DNA of 64,000 bases from Alphaproteobacteria bacterium (GTDB lineage: Bacteria; Pseudomonadota; Alphaproteobacteria; UBA8366), in NCBI GenBank assembly GCA_021774335.1, contig JAJFJD010000047.1:3321-67320 (forward strand), written 5' to 3'. Each line of letters starts with the position of its first letter. Within the stretch, counting starts at the first letter, position 1. The position numbers were made by a program, and so were the translations under genes. This document shows positions 56,056 to 64,000 of this stretch, piece after piece. The notes under the pieces were generated by a model, which was not told the origin of the DNA, did no database searches, and was given only the letters and a program-made list of their open reading frames with translations.

Positions 56056-57483
56056 ATGAGCGGCGCGGCAAGAATTTCGGAATCGGCGGATGCATTGACG
56101 GAAGCCCCGTCGCGGGGCTTGGCGCGTTTCGCCCAATCGCTGTCCTATGACGACATTCCCGAGGCCGTGCGCGAGCGCGGCAAGTATCTCATTCTCGATT
56201 CGCTGGGCATCGCGCTTGCTTCCACGACGTATCATTTCGCCGAGCGTACGCAAGCCGGCGTCGAGGCGCTGTCCGACGGGCCCGGCACCTGCACGGTGAT
56301 CGGATCCGACCGGCCGTTGGCGCTGCGCGACGCGGTCATGATGAACGGCGTGCTGATGCATGGGCTCGACTTCGACGATACCCATATGACCGGCCTGCTG
56401 CACGCCAGCGTGGCCTGCCTTCCAGCGGCATTGGGCGTCGCAGAGCAATTGGACGTGAGCGGCAAGGATTTCCTGACTGCCTATGCAGTCGGCATGGAAT
56501 CGGGCATTCGCATCGGCGCATCGGTCGACGGCGGGTTCCATCATGTCGGGTTCCACGCGACCGGCATCGTCGCGCATTTCGCATCGGCCCTGTCGGTCGG
56601 GCGGCTCTACGGCCTCGATCTCGAGCAACTGGTGGCGGCGCAAGGGGTTTCCGGCAGCACGGCGGCGGCGATCCAAGTCTTTCTCGAGTCCGGCGCCTGG
56701 ACCAAACGCCTGCATCCCGGCTGGGCGGCGGTCGGCGGCATCACCTCGGCGCGACTGGCGCAGCATGGGTTCGAAGCGCCGGAACGTGTCTACGAGGGAC
56801 GCTACGGGCTGTTCCACACGCATCTGCAGGATTTGGAGGCGAAGGTCGACTACGCGGCCATCACCGATGGGCTCGGCGAGAATTGGGAAATCTCCAATGT
56901 GGCGATCAAGCCCTATCCGGTGTGCCATTTCATCCATGGCTGCGCCGATGCGGCGATCGAGCTGTACAACCGGCAGAGCTTCGCGCCCGAGGATATTGTC
57001 GGCATCCGCGCCTTCGTTGCCGAAGACACGCTGCCGATCGTGACCGAACCGATCGCCAATAAGAAGGAGCCGGCGAACGAATACGATGCCAAGTTCAGCA
57101 CCCAGTTCGTGGTTGCCGGATGCTTGGCGCGCGGCAAGTTCGGGCTCGCCGAACTGAAGGACGACGCGCTGCAGGACGAAGAAATCCTGCGGCTGTCCCG
57201 CATGGTCGATTGCGTGGCCGATCCGGACTCCGAGTTCCCGACCTATTTCTCCGGCGGCGTGGCGGTGACGACCCGCAGCGGCGAGGAGTTGACCAGCCAT
57301 GTCCGGATGAACAGCGGTGCCGGCGAACGTGCGCTCGACGGTGCCGCCATCGCGGAGAAATTCATGGCCAATGCGACACTCGCGGTGTCCGAAGACCGGG
57401 CAACGGCGGTGCGCGACGCGATCCTCGGTCTGGATGATCGCCCGATCCGGGATTTGACCGCATTGTTGCACGGCAAGGGCTAA
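56056..57483 (+). CDS. MmgE/PrpD family protein
   Basis: HGLDFDDTH, GFHATG, KRLHPG, KPYPVCHFIH, AKFS. Confidence 0.92.
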   Translation: MSGAARISESADALTEAPSRGLARFAQSLSYDDIPEAVRERGKYLILDSLGIALASTTYHFAERTQAGVEALSDGPGTCTVIGSDRPLALRDAVMMNGVLMHGLDFDDTHMTGLLHASVACLPAALGVAEQLDVSGKDFLTAYAVGMESGIRIGASVDGGFHHVGFHATGIVAHFASALSVGRLYGLDLEQLVAAQGVSGSTAAAIQVFLESGAWTKRLHPGWAAVGGITSARLAQHGFEAPERVYEGRYGLFHTHLQDLEAKVDYAAITDGLGENWEISNVAIKPYPVCHFIHGCADAAIELYNRQSFAPEDIVGIRAFVAEDTLPIVTEPIANKKEPANEYDAKFSTQFVVAGCLARGKFGLAELKDDALQDEEILRLSRMVDCVADPDSEFPTYFSGGVAVTTRSGEELTSHVRMNSGAGERALDGAAIAEKFMANATLAVSEDRATAVRDAILGLDDRPIRDLTALLHGKG

Positions 57484-57493
57484 AAACCGGCCG

Positions 57494-57522
57494 CTTGAAC
57501 CGGCGGCGCGAATTCCCCATAT
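57494..57522 (+). promoter_or_regulatory. RpoH (sigma32) promoter
   Basis: CTTGAA-N15-CCCCATAT upstream of the small heat-shock gene. Confidence 0.8.
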
Positions 57523-57528
57523 GCAGAC

Positions 57529-57643
57529 TGCGGCGGGACGTTTGATCCGCCGCGCCGGATGCCGATTGTCGGGTCCGGTAAGTCCAGGCGCCCTCGGGCG
57601 CTACGGCTACTCGCTCATGCGAAGAGGAGGAAGCTGCGTCATG
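57529..57643 (+). promoter_or_regulatory. ROSE-like RNA thermometer
   Basis: Several hairpins, then TCGCT opposite the GAGGAGG SD of the hsp20 gene. Confidence 0.6.
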
Positions 57644-58105
57644 CCCCGCATGTCCGTATTCGACAGTCCGCTGCTGCTTGGGTTCGACCATTTCGAACGA
57701 ACGCTCGATCAGATCTCCAAGAAAGCCGCCGACGGATACCCGCCCTATAACATCGAACAGGTCGGGGAAAACCATCTCCGCATCAGCCTTGCTGTGGCCG
57801 GTTTCTCCGAAGACGACCTGACGGTCGAAATCGCAGATAACCAACTGATTATCCATGGGAATCGACAACAGGACGACAGCCAGCGCGTATTCCTGCATCG
57901 CGGCATCGCGGCGCGGCAATTCCAGCGCGCTTTCGTGCTTGCCGATGGAATTGAGGTGGTCGGCGCCGAGTTGGATAACGGATTGTTGCATATCGATATA
58001 ACCCGGCCATCCCCCGATACCCGGGTGCGGCGCGTGGAAATCCGTTCCCAGAAGCGTTCCGGCGTTAAGGATTCGGCAACCAAGCTGGACTTAGAATCCC
58101 GCTAA
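57641..58105 (+). CDS. ibpA: Small heat-shock protein (Hsp20)
   Basis: LLGFD, YPPYNIEQ, LAVAGF, FLHRGIAARQFQRAFVLA, NGLLHI. Confidence 0.93.
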   Translation: MPRMSVFDSPLLLGFDHFERTLDQISKKAADGYPPYNIEQVGENHLRISLAVAGFSEDDLTVEIADNQLIIHGNRQQDDSQRVFLHRGIAARQFQRAFVLADGIEVVGAELDNGLLHIDITRPSPDTRVRRVEIRSQKRSGVKDSATKLDLESR

Positions 58106-58344
58106 TGTCGCAACAGGAGACATTGGTGATGGTTAACGTCGAAAAGCTTCGCGAGATTTCGCAGAACGATTTGGCCCAACTTGGCGCGGACGACCTCGCC
58201 TACGTGCGGCCGATCATGCTCGCGGACGAGATGGTCTTCGCCGTGAACACGGCTGACGGCCGGCAAATCGCCGTGGCGGAGGATTTCGACGCGGCCATCG
58301 TCGCAGCGCACGAGCACAGTTACTACACTGTCAGCGTGCACTAA
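58105..58344 (+). CDS. DUF1150 family protein
   Basis: LAYVRP, FAVNTADG, C-terminal SVH; coupled to ibpA. Confidence 0.85.
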   Translation: MSQQETLVMVNVEKLREISQNDLAQLGADDLAYVRPIMLADEMVFAVNTADGRQIAVAEDFDAAIVAAHEHSYYTVSVH

Positions 58345-58385
58345 ATCCCACTGATCCACGTTCGGGGTTGGTCGATCGGGTGACC

Positions 58386-58850
58386 TTAAGCGGCGTGACT
58401 CGTCGCCGTTTCCGTCAGCAACGCAAAGAGCGCTTCGGGCTGATCGGACCCGCGTAATTTTTCGCACATCGCCTTGTCGCGCAGCAGCCGCGATACACGG
58501 GCCAACGCCTTCAGGTGATCGGCGCCCGCGTCTTCCGGCGCCAGCAGCATAAAAATCAGGTCGACGGGTTGTTCATCGATCGAATCGAAATCGATCGGCG
58601 TCTCTAGACGGGCAAACAAACCGTATAGCCGGTCGATGCCCGGCAGCTTGCCATGCGGAATCGCAATTCCGTTGCCGACCCCGGTCGTGCCCAGCCGCTC
58701 CCGCTCCAACAGGACGTCGAAGACGGTGCGTTCATGCAGGCCGGTAATCGCCGACGCATGTTTAGCCAGTTCTTGTAACGACTGCTTCTTCGACGTGGCA
58801 TGCAACTTGGCAATGACCCCATCGGTTGAAAGCAGATTAACGATATCCAT
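58386..58850 (-). CDS. ptsN: PTS IIA-Ntr
   Basis: ERERLGTTGVGNGIAIPHGK, DHLKALARVSR. Confidence 0.95.
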   Translation of the reverse strand: MDIVNLLSTDGVIAKLHATSKKQSLQELAKHASAITGLHERTVFDVLLERERLGTTGVGNGIAIPHGKLPGIDRLYGLFARLETPIDFDSIDEQPVDLIFMLLAPEDAGADHLKALARVSRLLRDKAMCEKLRGSDQPEALFALLTETATSHAA

Positions 58851-58885
58851 CGGTACCCCTTCCGCGTTCGTACCGCGGTAAATCC

Positions 58886-59491
58886 CTAGGACTTATTTTC
58901 CTGCGGGTCAATCCATCCACTATTGCCGTCGCGGCGCACGTAAACCATGTTCAGCGCCCCATTTGCCCGGTTGCGAAACAACATCGCCGGTAAATTCGCG
59001 AGGTCCATCCGCATCACCGCGTCGCTGACGGTCAGTGTCTCGATATCGGTCTGCATCTCCGCGATGATGACCGGTTGATCGCCGTTGGTGCCTTCGTCTG
59101 CGGCGTCTTTGGCGTCCGTTTCCGAAACCTCTTCGACTTCCGGCGCCAAAACATACTGTGCGGCCGAGAATCGCTCGTCCTTGCCGCCCTGCCGGCGATG
59201 ATGGTCGCGCAATCGCCGTTTATAGCGCCGCAACCGTTTGCCGACGTGATCCAACGCCTCGTCGAAGGAACCATACGCATCGCCTGACGTGGCATGGCCC
59301 TGCACCATGATGCCCTTGCCGACATGGACGGCGACATCGGTGCGGAACGACGATCCTTCTTTGGAAATCGTAACGCTCGCGTCAGTGGGGTCGACGAAAT
59401 ATTTCTCGACGACCACGGGGACCTGACGCTCGATATGCTCTTTCAAAGAGCTCCCGATATCGAGCTGTTTTCCATTAACTGTTAGCTGCAT
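58886..59491 (-). CDS. hpf: Ribosome hibernation promoting factor (long HPF)
   Basis: GKQLDIG, KRLRRYKRRLRDHH, AVMRMDL, VYVRRDGNSGWIDP; ATG 59491. Confidence 0.93.
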   Translation of the reverse strand: MQLTVNGKQLDIGSSLKEHIERQVPVVVEKYFVDPTDASVTISKEGSSFRTDVAVHVGKGIMVQGHATSGDAYGSFDEALDHVGKRLRRYKRRLRDHHRRQGGKDERFSAAQYVLAPEVEEVSETDAKDAADEGTNGDQPVIIAEMQTDIETLTVSDAVMRMDLANLPAMLFRNRANGALNMVYVRRDGNSGWIDPQENKS

Positions 59492-59564
59492 TGATCCTTG
59501 CTTCGGGCTTGCCGCGCAAGACAAATTAAGGGTGCCACAACCGGCGCCTGAAAGCGAGGGGCGG

Positions 59565-59593
59565 AACATAGTGAGCGTGCCGACACGAGTCAA
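59565..59593 (-). promoter_or_regulatory. Putative sigma70 promoter for hpf-ptsN
   Basis: TTGACT-N17-TATGTT. Confidence 0.55.
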
Positions 59594-59598
59594 TAGGG

Positions 59599-59635
59599 GG
59601 CACCTGCGCCGGCTGCCGCACCCGTCGCAGGTGCC
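59599..59635 (-). terminator. Hairpin downstream of rpoN
   Basis: GGCACCTGCG ... CGCAGGTGCC 10-bp inverted repeat; no clear U tract. Confidence 0.4.
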
Positions 59636-59665
59636 GTGCCGTGATAGGGAAAATCGATTAAAATA

Positions 59666-61261
59666 TTATAATTCTTGGCGTTTTTGCCGCCGCCGCTGCA
59701 CGGACGACGGAATCTTTAGGGCTTCCCGGTATTTCGCGACCGTACGGCGGGCGATGTCTATGCCATCCCGCTTCAGGATTTCCACGATCCGGTCATCCGA
59801 GAGAATTTCCGCCACCGATTCGCTATCAATCAGCGACTTGATGCGGAATCGCACCGCCTCGGCAGAGTGCGCGTCGCCGCCGCCGGTATTGGCGATCGCG
59901 GCCGAGAAGAAATACTTCAGTTCGAAAATGCCGCGCGGCGTGTGCATGTATTTATTGGTAGTGACCCGGCTGACCGTGCTCTCGTGCATTTCGATCTCTT
60001 CGGCGATATCGCGTAACACCAGCGGCTTCATATGGGCGATGCCCTTGCGGAAGAAGGCGTCCTGCTGGCGCGTGATTTCCGACGCGACCTTCAGGATCGT
60101 GGTCGCCCGCTGGTGCAGCGACTTGACCAGCCAGTTCGCGGAATGGAAGCACTCGTTGATGTACTCCCGCTCTTCCTTCTTGCGCGTCGCTTTCCGCACA
60201 CGGGCGAAATAGTCGACATTGACCAGCACGCGCGGCAGCGTTTCGGGATTCAACTCGATCGTCCAGCCACCGTCTGGATGCGGCCGCATAAGGATGTCCG
60301 GCGTCACGGTCAGCGTGACTTCCCGATCGAACGCCTGCGCCGGTTTCGGATTGAGAGCGCGAATCTCGGCGACCATATCGGTCAGGTCTTCGTCGTCGAC
60401 GCCACAGACCCGCAGCAGCGCTGATTTATCGTGCTTGGCCAGAAGCTCGAGGTTGTCCAACAGGGCCTGCATCGCGGGATCGAGGCGATCCAGGTCGCGC
60501 AACTGCAGCGCCAGACACTCCCGGAGGTCGCGCGCAAACAATCCCGGTGGATCGCAGCGCTGCAACAGCTCCAGCACCGACGTCACGCGCTCGATATCGC
60601 AATTCAGCTGCTTGGCAACCTGTTCCAGCGGTTCGGAGATCCATCCGGACTCGTCGAGCGTCTCGATCAGTTGAATGCCGATCATTCGGTCGCCCGGGTC
60701 GGTGATATCGACGAGCAGTTGCGCGGTCAGGTGGTCGCGCAGCGTCGGCGCGTCGCTCAACGTTGCCTCAAGGTCGCCGACGCGTTCCGAGAATTCCCGG
60801 CTGCCGCCGCTGACGGTGCTGCTCAAGCCTGTGCTAGGTGCGTCGAGCGTCGAGTTATCCAGCGTGTCGATCGCGTCCATTGTACCGATCGTTTCGGCGG
60901 CGTCGCGGTTGTCCGCGATGGCGTCGCTTGGCCCGTCCTCGGTCCAAACGCTTTCGCCGTCGATATCCAGCGCGGCGTCGCCGTCCGTCAGCACCGTTTC
61001 CGTTGCCGTGTGTTCCAGCGATTCCGGCTCGAACAGATCGTCCGCCTCGGCGTCCCCGCCCTCCGCGGTTTGCGACGCCGTGTCGTCGCCGGGGTTGCTG
61101 CTTTCCTCCCGTTCGAGCATCGGGTTTTGCAGCAGTTCATCCTCGACATAGGCCGAGAGTTCGATATTCGACAACTGCAGCAGCTTGATCGCCTGCTGCA
61201 ACTGCGGCGTCATAACGAGTGACTGAGATTGCCTGAGATCCAGGCGCGGGGTTATGGCCAT
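59666..61261 (-). CDS. rpoN: RNA polymerase sigma-54 factor
   Basis: MTPQLQQAIKLLQLS, MHESTVSRV, RpoN box ARRTVAKYRE. Confidence 0.97.
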   Translation of the reverse strand: MAITPRLDLRQSQSLVMTPQLQQAIKLLQLSNIELSAYVEDELLQNPMLEREESSNPGDDTASQTAEGGDAEADDLFEPESLEHTATETVLTDGDAALDIDGESVWTEDGPSDAIADNRDAAETIGTMDAIDTLDNSTLDAPSTGLSSTVSGGSREFSERVGDLEATLSDAPTLRDHLTAQLLVDITDPGDRMIGIQLIETLDESGWISEPLEQVAKQLNCDIERVTSVLELLQRCDPPGLFARDLRECLALQLRDLDRLDPAMQALLDNLELLAKHDKSALLRVCGVDDEDLTDMVAEIRALNPKPAQAFDREVTLTVTPDILMRPHPDGGWTIELNPETLPRVLVNVDYFARVRKATRKKEEREYINECFHSANWLVKSLHQRATTILKVASEITRQQDAFFRKGIAHMKPLVLRDIAEEIEMHESTVSRVTTNKYMHTPRGIFELKYFFSAAIANTGGGDAHSAEAVRFRIKSLIDSESVAEILSDDRIVEILKRDGIDIARRTVAKYREALKIPSSVQRRRQKRQEL

Positions 61262-61279
61262 CCGTGGCTACCCGACTGC

Positions 61280-62077
61280 CTAAAGACTGAATCGGTCGCC
61301 GAGGTAAACGCGCCGGACTTCGGAATTGGCGACGATCTCATCCGGACGGCCTTCCATCAGGACCTGGCCGTCGTGCAGAATGTAGGCTCGGTCCACCACA
61401 TCCAGCGTCTCGCGCACGTTGTGATCGGTGATCAGAACGCCGATCCCGCGATCCTTCAGATGGATGACGAGTTCCCGGATGTCGCGCACCGCAATCGGAT
61501 CGATGCCGGCCAAAGGTTCGTCCAGAAGGACAAAGTGCGGATGCGATGCCAGCGCGCGGGCGATTTCTACGCGCCGGCGTTCGCCGCCCGACAAAGCCAG
61601 TGACGGCGTCCGGCGCAAATGGGTGATCGAGAACTCTGCAAGCAGGGCTTCCAGGATCGACTCGCGCCGGTCCGAGTCCTTTTCGATGCATTCGAGGACC
61701 GCGCGGATGTTCTGTTCGACGGAAAGCCCGCGGAAGATCGACGGTTCCTGCGGCAGGTAGCCGATGCCGATGCGGGCGCGCCGGTACATGGGCAGCCCTG
61801 TGATGTCCTGCCCGTCCATATAGACCGAGCCGTAGTCGGCCGAGATCAAGCCGGTGATGATGTAGAAGCACGTGGTCTTACCGGCGCCGTTCGGACCCAG
61901 AAGGCCGACCGCTTCGCCGCGTTGCAACGAAATGCTGACGTCGCGCAGAACCGGCCGTTTCTTGAATTGCTTCCCCAAATTATGGGCGGTCAGTCCGGTA
62001 TTCTTGGCAATAAGCCGCGGTCCATCGCTGTCACCGACACCATCGCCGTTGGGCTCCTGGCTTTCCGATTCAGTCAT
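61280..62077 (-). CDS. lptB: LPS export ABC ATPase
   Basis: GPNGAGKTTCFY, YLPQEPSIFR, LSGGERRRVEIARAL, ITDHNVRETL. Confidence 0.96.
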   Translation of the reverse strand: MTESESQEPNGDGVGDSDGPRLIAKNTGLTAHNLGKQFKKRPVLRDVSISLQRGEAVGLLGPNGAGKTTCFYIITGLISADYGSVYMDGQDITGLPMYRRARIGIGYLPQEPSIFRGLSVEQNIRAVLECIEKDSDRRESILEALLAEFSITHLRRTPSLALSGGERRRVEIARALASHPHFVLLDEPLAGIDPIAVRDIRELVIHLKDRGIGVLITDHNVRETLDVVDRAYILHDGQVLMEGRPDEIVANSEVRRVYLGDRFSL

Positions 62078-62113
62078 GCGATCCGCTCTTACCCCTTGTT
62101 CCGCCGCCTGCAG

Positions 62114-63025
62114 TCACTTCTGTTCCCGACTCGGCAGCACCAGTCCTTTGGCCCGGCCGGTGAGCTTGTAGATGCCCGTCCGCAAATTGACCTCGGCGCA
62201 TTTGCCGTTCAACTGGTTCTTACCGCTGGTTATACGCACGTTTCCACACAATGTGGCAACCCCGCGCGAGGGAACATACACGCCCGTATCGCCCCGGACG
62301 ATAGCCTTTTGCAAAGAGATATGCACGTTGCCGAAGGCATCAACCTGGCGGATTTGCGAATCGTTGCCGCCGAAACCAAGGTCGCCGCCAGCGGTGTTTT
62401 TCGACTTCGTCTTCTTCGTCTTTGCTTTTTTATTCTTCGGTTTGGTCTTTTGTTTCGTCTGTGGCGTTTTCGAGTCGGTCGCGGCATCCATATGCGCGGT
62501 CATGACGTCGGCGCGGACACGCTGTCCGTCCTGGACGACCACAGCGTCGCCGCGGGCGACGGCCAGCCGCTTTTCTTCCCAATATTCGAGACTGTCCCGG
62601 GCGGTCAGGACACCCTGGTTGGACGTAAGTTTCAGGTTCTTGCCGACCAATACGAAGACCGATTTGTCCACATGATAGACAGCCTTGTCGCCGACCGCCT
62701 GCTGGTCGTCGGTCGAAATCCGCACATTGCCGTCGGCGTCGACCCGGAAGATTTCCTGCCCCTTTCCATCCTTCTTTTCGCGATAGAAGGCGGTAAGAGT
62801 ATCGGCCTTGATGGTGGCGTTGTTGCGGTTCGCGCTGGCGTTGCCGCGGGCTATGTATTTCTTTTCGTCGCGGACCCATTCGATGCCGTTATCGGCATTG
62901 ATTGTCATCGGCGCGTCGCCGCCCTTTGACAGTAGCCCTTGCGCGAGGGCGCTTTGCGACGCCATCAGGATCACAACGGCTGTTGCGAAGGAACGGGCGC
63001 GGCTTGTGATCGTTGGCATCCTCAT
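62114..63025 (-). CDS. lptA: LPS export periplasmic protein (two OstA-like domains)
   Basis: Signal peptide, repeated jellyroll motifs (ARGNA, ADTLTA, ARGDA, AFGNV); lies between lptC and lptB. Confidence 0.85.
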   Translation of the reverse strand: MRMPTITSRARSFATAVVILMASQSALAQGLLSKGGDAPMTINADNGIEWVRDEKKYIARGNASANRNNATIKADTLTAFYREKKDGKGQEIFRVDADGNVRISTDDQQAVGDKAVYHVDKSVFVLVGKNLKLTSNQGVLTARDSLEYWEEKRLAVARGDAVVVQDGQRVRADVMTAHMDAATDSKTPQTKQKTKPKNKKAKTKKTKSKNTAGGDLGFGGNDSQIRQVDAFGNVHISLQKAIVRGDTGVYVPSRGVATLCGNVRITSGKNQLNGKCAEVNLRTGIYKLTGRAKGLVLPSREQK

Positions 63026-63714
63026 CCGCCCGGCGTCTGATCCGGGTGCAGCACGATCGTCGACCGGCCGGTGAATTCGATCCGCTCGCCGCGATTGTGG
63101 ATGACGAAACCCTCCGCCTTCAAATTGCCGAACGGACCCTGGCCCTCGACCGGCTTGCTGCCGCGGGCGTCCCCGGCATTCATATCGACCGTGGCGGCAT
63201 CGGTCCGGAATTCGTAGCCGCTGTCATGGAACAGGTTTACGGCGCCATTAAGTTTGAGGATCTTTTCGTCGCGATTGTATTTGCCGGTTTTCGCGGTCAC
63301 GGCGATCCAGCTTCCGTCCAGCATCAGGATGTCGGCCTTCGGGCTGACCATGTCGACCTTGGTCCATCCCTCGCTCGCGAGTTGCACCGAGTCTGCCGTC
63401 AGCGTGAAGGGACGTTGTTTTTCGTCGACCCCTGTATAGACACCGTTGACCATGGTCACCGTTTCCGTCGCCTTGGCGTCGACCTTTGCCGGCGTGATGG
63501 AATAGCGGCGTTGTTGATCGGACAGCTGCGGCCACAGGGCGACGACAATGATCAGCGCCGTGGCAACCGTCGGCAGCAGAATCCGCATGATGCCGACGAA
63601 GCGGCCGTAGGATCGCGAGACCCGCGGCTTCCGCGGCGCGGAAAAGGCGATCCGCTGGCGCGCTTTACGCCCGCTTGAGGCTTCTTCTTCCGCTCGGTCC
63701 ACGGTCACCTTCAT
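63022..63714 (-). CDS. lptC: LPS export protein LptC
   Basis: Single TM, YTGVDEKQRPFTLTADS, PVEGQGPFG; operon position. Confidence 0.88.
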   Translation of the reverse strand: MKVTVDRAEEEASSGRKARQRIAFSAPRKPRVSRSYGRFVGIMRILLPTVATALIIVVALWPQLSDQQRRYSITPAKVDAKATETVTMVNGVYTGVDEKQRPFTLTADSVQLASEGWTKVDMVSPKADILMLDGSWIAVTAKTGKYNRDEKILKLNGAVNLFHDSGYEFRTDAATVDMNAGDARGSKPVEGQGPFGNLKAEGFVIHNRGERIEFTGRSTIVLHPDQTPGG

Positions 63715-63839
63715 GGTCTATACGACGCTCGTTAAGCGGCCGTCCTGCATGGCCGCACCGTCAACGCGATCCGAATACCCCGCCTCTAAACTGGTGATGC
63801 TCCGATGTTGCATCAAGGTGCGCCGCATCAAGACGCAGT

Positions 63840-63975
63840 CCGGCAACTCCGCGATTCGGCGCTGCGAGTTCTGGTTGGGGTGGTTCATGCCTGTAGCCAT
63901 CAAGTGCCATCGTTCAACTGCCGTTCGGGTTCCGGCCCATGAGGAGCCAGCGCCGCCCCGGAGATGAACTGCCGG
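63840..63975. other. Long imperfect inverted-repeat (rod-like) element upstream of lptC
   Basis: Nested stems 63840-49/63966-75, CGGCGCTG/CAGCGCCG (63857-64/63948-55), TCATG/CATGA. Confidence 0.35.
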
Positions 63976-64000
63976 CATACAATATCGCGCATAGGGTTAA

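Noticed and set aside
55717-57471. 584-aa antisense ORF, and similar long antisense ORFs such as 20503..21882, 8888..10231 and 53964..55172
   Set aside because: They lie opposite well-supported genes, have no motifs, and are expected in high-GC coding DNA.
59626-59641. Sigma54-like CGGCACGGCACCTGCG upstream of hpf
   Set aside because: Imperfect match that forms one arm of the post-rpoN hairpin; a good sigma70-type promoter lies just downstream.
63840-63975. 6S RNA interpretation of the rod-like element
   Set aside because: Shorter than typical 6S RNA, not in the usual zapA-ygfA context, and no recognisable 6S sequence motifs.
1-64000. CRISPR arrays, tRNA/rRNA, IS elements, integrases, reverse transcriptases, prophage or defence genes
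   Set aside because: No spaced direct-repeat arrays or diagnostic motifs were seen by eye; small or degenerate elements could have been missed.

Overview
A GC-rich chromosomal window, most likely from an alphaproteobacterium. The evidence is the lptC-lptA-lptB-rpoN-hpf-ptsN / DUF1150-ibpA block, a CtrA-type box and SAM-II aptamers. I saw no tRNA, rRNA, CRISPR array, integrase or transposase. From left to right it contains: (1) the end of a xanthomonadin/aryl-polyene-like module (GT2, FAD halogenase-like enzyme, methyltransferase, XanB2-like chorismatase); (2) an MlaC-like gene flanked by two paralogous lipoproteins; (3) an unknown catabolic cluster (proline-racemase family, class III CoA transferase, double-MaoC dehydratase, RidA, FAD oxidoreductase); (4) an RpiR-linked ABC importer with a histidine phosphatase; (5) a candidate three-hairpin sRNA, UbiD and cspA; (6) a cobalamin-riboswitch-controlled btuBFCD-tonB operon; (7) a cobA-DUF2849-cysI-DUF934 operon with no cysH, preceded by what looks like a tandem SAM-II/SAM-II riboswitch with an internal terminator; (8) a two-component system; (9) five tandem paralogous luciferase-like (LLM) oxidoreductases converging on a complete coenzyme F420 operon (fno-cofE-cofD-cofC-fbiC plus an lpxR-like gene); (10) assorted catabolic genes and the conserved rpoN region. 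The best candidates for undescribed biology are the five-LLM/F420 locus and the tandem SAM-II leader. All product calls come from recognising motifs by eye and no database searches were run. Start codons were trimmed where a better RBS/start was visible.
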